Part shown: one piece after another, positions 59,733 through 64,000 of the stretch | Layout of the letters: each line of letters starts with the position of its first letter | Position numbering within the stretch: position 1 is the first letter of the stretch | From: the human T2T-CHM13v2.0 reference genome, Homo sapiens | DNA: 64,000 nucleotides | Assembly (NCBI RefSeq): GCF_009914755.1 | Contig: NC_060925.1 | Reading direction: 5' to 3' (one strand) | The notes under the pieces: model-generated | Seen by the model: only the letters and a program-made list of their open reading frames with translations | What the model was told of the DNA's origin: nothing | The model's database searches: none | Position numbers and translations under genes: made by a program

Positions 59733-60469
59733 GTAAGCAAATGCATTTTCTAAACCTGATAAATACCCTTCAGGAGATTCTTTCTTTTGCTCTGTCTTTG
59801 TAAACCAAGGTATTAACTTGATTGCACGTTTGCATTTGCTAAATGTAAAAGTAAAAACCTGGAAGTTAATATTAGCTTTCACTTTTTGGAAAAAAAAATG
59901 GAATTGAGCCAGATACAAATTGATAGTTTTGAGGACCAACTATGTGACAGGTGCCATGCTTAGTATGTTACATATGTTATCTCTTTTAATCCTGATTGGA
60001 CATGTTGCCATTTTAACCTAATGGAAATGAACTTAAAATGGTCACTGTCATACATAGCTATTAAGTGCCTGAACAGGGATTAAACCCAGACTTGATTAAA
60101 TGCAAAGACCGTACCTTGAAAACCTGCTTTGGAGGCTTCTTGGTGCCATTGCATGAGAGAAGTAAGTCACCAATGGCATTCTGGTTCTTACTATATTGAA
60201 AGCGTCTTTCTAGTGAACCCATATTACTACTTCACTGCTGGCAAGACTGGCAGAATTCTGCCTTCTCCTTTTGAGCATCCATTTTGTTTAAAATTTGCCT
60301 GAAGACCAAAATCTCAGATGCAAATCAGAAAGCATATACTTCTTTACAAGACGGCTCAGCTTTCTCTATTCAGAAGTCTTCCACTTGAATATCTCAAATT
60401 TCAAAAAATTCAATTCATCTAAAGTGTATTTTAATTATTTTAAAATTAAAAGATTTAAGTAAGCAATCC

Positions 60470-60650
60470 ATTCCCTGTCCCAGGTCTGTTACTAGCTATG
60501 TGACTTTGTGCAAGTTGCATAACCTCTTTTCGCCTTATTTTCCTCGTGTATAAAATAGGGATTATAATGTTCTCTCTTACACAGGGCTTGTGTGAGAATT
60601 AAATGAGATAATGTATGTACAGGACCTAGCAAAATTTATTCTAATAAATG
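60470..60650. mobile_element. MIR
   Basis: tactagctatgtgactttgtgcaagttgcataacctct...gtgagaattaaatgagataatgtatgta. Confidence 0.75.
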
Positions 60651-63559
60651 CCAGTGTGCAAGGGTGAAAGGGTTTAACTCACACTGTATTTTGAATGCAC
60701 AAAGAAAATTAATTTGTTTTACTTCAACCATAGCTAATCTGATCATTACCCCAGCCTCCATCAGTTGTTTATTAAGGATGAAAACTGAGTTTTATTCTTC
60801 TGTGATTAAGTTTAATATGATTTAAGAAGTTAGATAGTCCCTTTAGGTTGTTTTCATCTTTCTTGCATAAAAATTGCTAGTCTCTCATGTTCCTCTCTCC
60901 ATCCCCTGCTTTCCTCCCTAAGATGGAATTTGGGTATGTGCAGAGGAGGCTAAATTTCTTTGTGACCTGGGCAATAAGGACTCTCTGGCCTCAAGCTAGT
61001 TTTCAGAAGTAGGTTGGCAGCATATGCTGGTCTCTGGGCTGCTGTCTGCAGCTGATGCTGCGTCCTGTTAAATCGTCAGTTCTGAATCCACAGTCAGGTC
61101 TGCGGGCTCAGATAAAACTCTCTAGGAGCATTGGCCATCTTCCTCTTTGGGCATTGCTATACTCAGCTCTCACTGGCTGTAAATGAATGAGACTGTGCCC
61201 TGTCCTCCCTCCAGCACAGGATGAGCAGTCCATCCCCAGTTTGTGTTGTGATGGGCCCTCACCAGCCATGACCTCAGTAGTGGCCCCATGGCCTGTCTGC
61301 TGGCTCTGAGAGTCCACATAACATACAAACTGAGAGACACCAAGTAAAGCTGAATTCCAGAGACTTCTTTGCCTGTCAGATTACACTGTCAAATTTACTC
61401 TGCTTTGGATATACCTAGTGTTGTTACAAAGCAGTTTGCAGGGTGGCCTCAACACAGATATTAAGGCAAGAGTACCTCATAAATACATAGCTTAATGCAC
61501 CTCAGGAATTTTTAAAGGAGATATTTATTAACGTAGGTAGAGAGATTAGTGGGGGTGGTAAATAACAGATAGTGGCAAAACTAGTAGTTTTATACTTATT
61601 GTTTTAAAAATAAGTTGTTAAAGACCTAAGATCTGCCCACACATTTATTAAGACATGTAGTTCAGCCTAATAATTGAAAAACATGGAGGGTACCTTTGGG
61701 TCTATAGCTCACTCTCTAACTTCAACTTCCTTATCAATACAGTAAGGGCATCAGTCTTCTCTATCTTATAGGCTTTTTGAGAGAATTTCATGCAAGGTAA
61801 TCTACAACAAATATTCAGTATGTTAAATGAATTTCAATTCTGTCAGGTATATTATTCTGCAAGTGCTTCATATGAATATGTGTGAATCGGTATTTTACTG
61901 TAAAGATTTGGGTCAACAATGATGAAAAGGGTGGGTTTATTTTTCAAAACTAGTTGTACTAAAAGTAAATTTTAAATTATTTTAATAATGTATGATTTAT
62001 GGTATCTAAGAAATCCTACGAGCAGAAATAACTTTTATTTTGTGTTATGCCAGTATTTCATGCCAGGCACAAAATAAGTCTCTTTTTCTATTTTCTTACT
62101 TTTGCATTTGTTCTAAGAGGTTTTATTTGGTAGTGCTTAAGTATTTGAAGAGTATAACTGTGGAACTTTACATTTCTGATGTTACTCACTTTTAATCATA
62201 GTTTGACTATTACTAGTCATATGCATGGAACTGGCTGTTGTTGTAACAGTAACAACTTTGAATGAGAAAATAAGAGATTTTGCTCTGATAAGAGACCTCT
62301 AGAAACAATGTCATGTGGAGGAGAGGAGATCAAATTCTATTCTGTAGCTAGATATTGACACCGTAGGAGATTATCATTAGATGATTTATTTTTGCATGAC
62401 ATGGTAAAGAGACAATGTGGAGAGTAGATGACTATAATTTTAAAAATAAAATGTGAAGGCCTAATGAGAACAGAAGTTGGCTTGCTTGAGAAGCAATGTA
62501 AATGTCCCAAATAAGATTCAGAGTAGAAATATCTACTTATAGAAGCATTTGTAATAATGAAAAATTCTAAACAAAGGGAATTATTTTATATTTTTAATAG
62601 CAATTATCCCCAGAATATATTGAACAAAGTTCTGAGAACATAATAGATATTTTGGCGGGGGGGGGCGGGGGGTGGGGGGTTTTGTTGTTTCTTTCATGAA
62701 TTGTTTTGCTCAACATAAGATGAATAAATGTTCATTTTTAAAAAAATAGAAAGTTAAAAAGTGAAAAAATGAGAGTAAGGATCATTCATGATCTCATCCT
62801 ATATATAACCATTATTAATATTTTTTGGTATATTCTTCCCTTTACTCTCATTTTCTTTAATGAAGTCAAACAAGTATTATTTGGGGCCAGGTCAGAGATG
62901 GAACACTATTAGGCTGATGTATGGAACCAGATAACATTAACCCTTAGGATCATCCTCTTTGCTGACCATGGCCAACCCTCCCCCTAGTCTAGACCCAGCT
63001 TCCAGCTGCAAGCCTCCTTCACTGCCTCTCTCCTCCCCTCCCTGTGCTGGAAAAAAGAGGGCTGTTCTATAAAGGAGAGTGTCACTTAAGGCCCCAACAA
63101 CTCTACCATGGGAGCCTTCATCAGAAGAGTCAGTTATAAGAAGCAAAACGTGCTTTTTTGTAAGCCAGAAAGAAAGAAGAGCCCAGCCCAGAGGAGACTA
63201 ACAAACTGAGTGAGAAGTAGTCTATATGTGGTTTAGAGTTCGGGAATTCAAAGAAAGCAGCATGGGTAGGGACCCACTGACCCACAGTGGCAATGGGTAG
63301 CAGGGAAGGAAGGCAGGGAGTACAATGGTTATTGGAGCAGCATCTCCCCTTATGTGAAATTCCCTTGTCTTTGCCCCCACCAAACCCCTACAAAGGACTC
63401 CTAAAAAGAATAACTGGGGAGGACTATTTCAAGAAGGACCTAATTTCCTTATCCTGTGCTATTCAAGCAGGTAGTGCTTGAATAGATTTAAAATTTTGCT
63501 ATAAGTATGGCATAATACATACTGGTTATATGTGTCTGCACAGATATTTCTACCTACCA

Positions 63560-64000
63560 AATTGGAATTATAATGTGCATTCTATTTTATTTTAAAGCAT
63601 GGTTATCAAATTCGAAATCTAGATTCCTTATAGGCATTGTAATATATAACCTTTCTTTGTAGCTAAACTAGAAAGACTGCCAAATAATGGATACAAAATA
63701 AACACTAAATTAAGTTGTCTATCCCTGATTTCTAATGAGATTGATGATTTTTTCATATGTTTGTGGCAATTTGTGTTTCCTGTTTTGTGAAATGCCGGTT
63801 TATGTATTTTTGCTCATTTTTCTATTGGTAGTCATTTTCTTGTTGATTTATGGAGATCTTTGATATATTTCACATACTAATCCTTTGTTGTCTGTAGGTA
63901 CTACAATTATTTCTTTTCAGTCTCTGGAGAGTCTTTTTATTTTCTACCTGGTATATTTTGATGGATAGAAGGTCTTAATTATAAAATAAGAAAATGTATA
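63560..64000 (-). mobile_element. Old L1M fragment
   Basis: tttttcatatgtttgtggcaatttgtgtttcc...catttttctattgg...atactaatcctttg. Confidence 0.6.

Noticed and set aside
61035-61062. REST/RE1 site
   Set aside because: Both half-sites are mismatched and the spacing is non-canonical.
62654-62679. G-rich run as a functional G-quadruplex
   Set aside because: It could fold, but it is an isolated low-complexity tract with no supporting context.

Overview
Primate (very likely human) AT-rich, repeat-dense intronic DNA, about half transposon-derived. A 64-nt + strand coding exon at 59669-59732 ([21 protein letters not shown], one leucine-rich repeat) and a PIN1 retrocopy at ~47.5 kb identify the region, from my recollection of the proteins, as the LRRC7/Densin-180 gene with PIN1P1 in a long intron. 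The window also holds a probable alternative terminal exon (429 to ~1966), a 7SL pseudogene, and three full-length minus-strand L1PA elements with target-site duplications (TSDs). Other repeats include a full-length Tigger1, Alus, MaLR LTRs, MER elements, a pure (CTG)12 and a ~1.5 kb palindromic AT minisatellite. Three observations stand out. (1) A ~105-bp local copy of the LRRC7 exon lies 2349 bp upstream with both splice sites intact; one C>A change creates both a stop codon and an AG|GTAAAT recursive-splice-like site. (2) The three independently inserted L1s share private variants and frameshifts in a mosaic pattern, suggesting gene conversion. (3) The L1 antisense ORF0s have a second splice donor in phase with the LRRC7 exon, and the stop-containing copy lies between them and the real exon. 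Gene names, repeat subfamilies and consensus comparisons are from memory, and no searches were run. Boundaries of old repeats are approximate. All functional claims are hypotheses.
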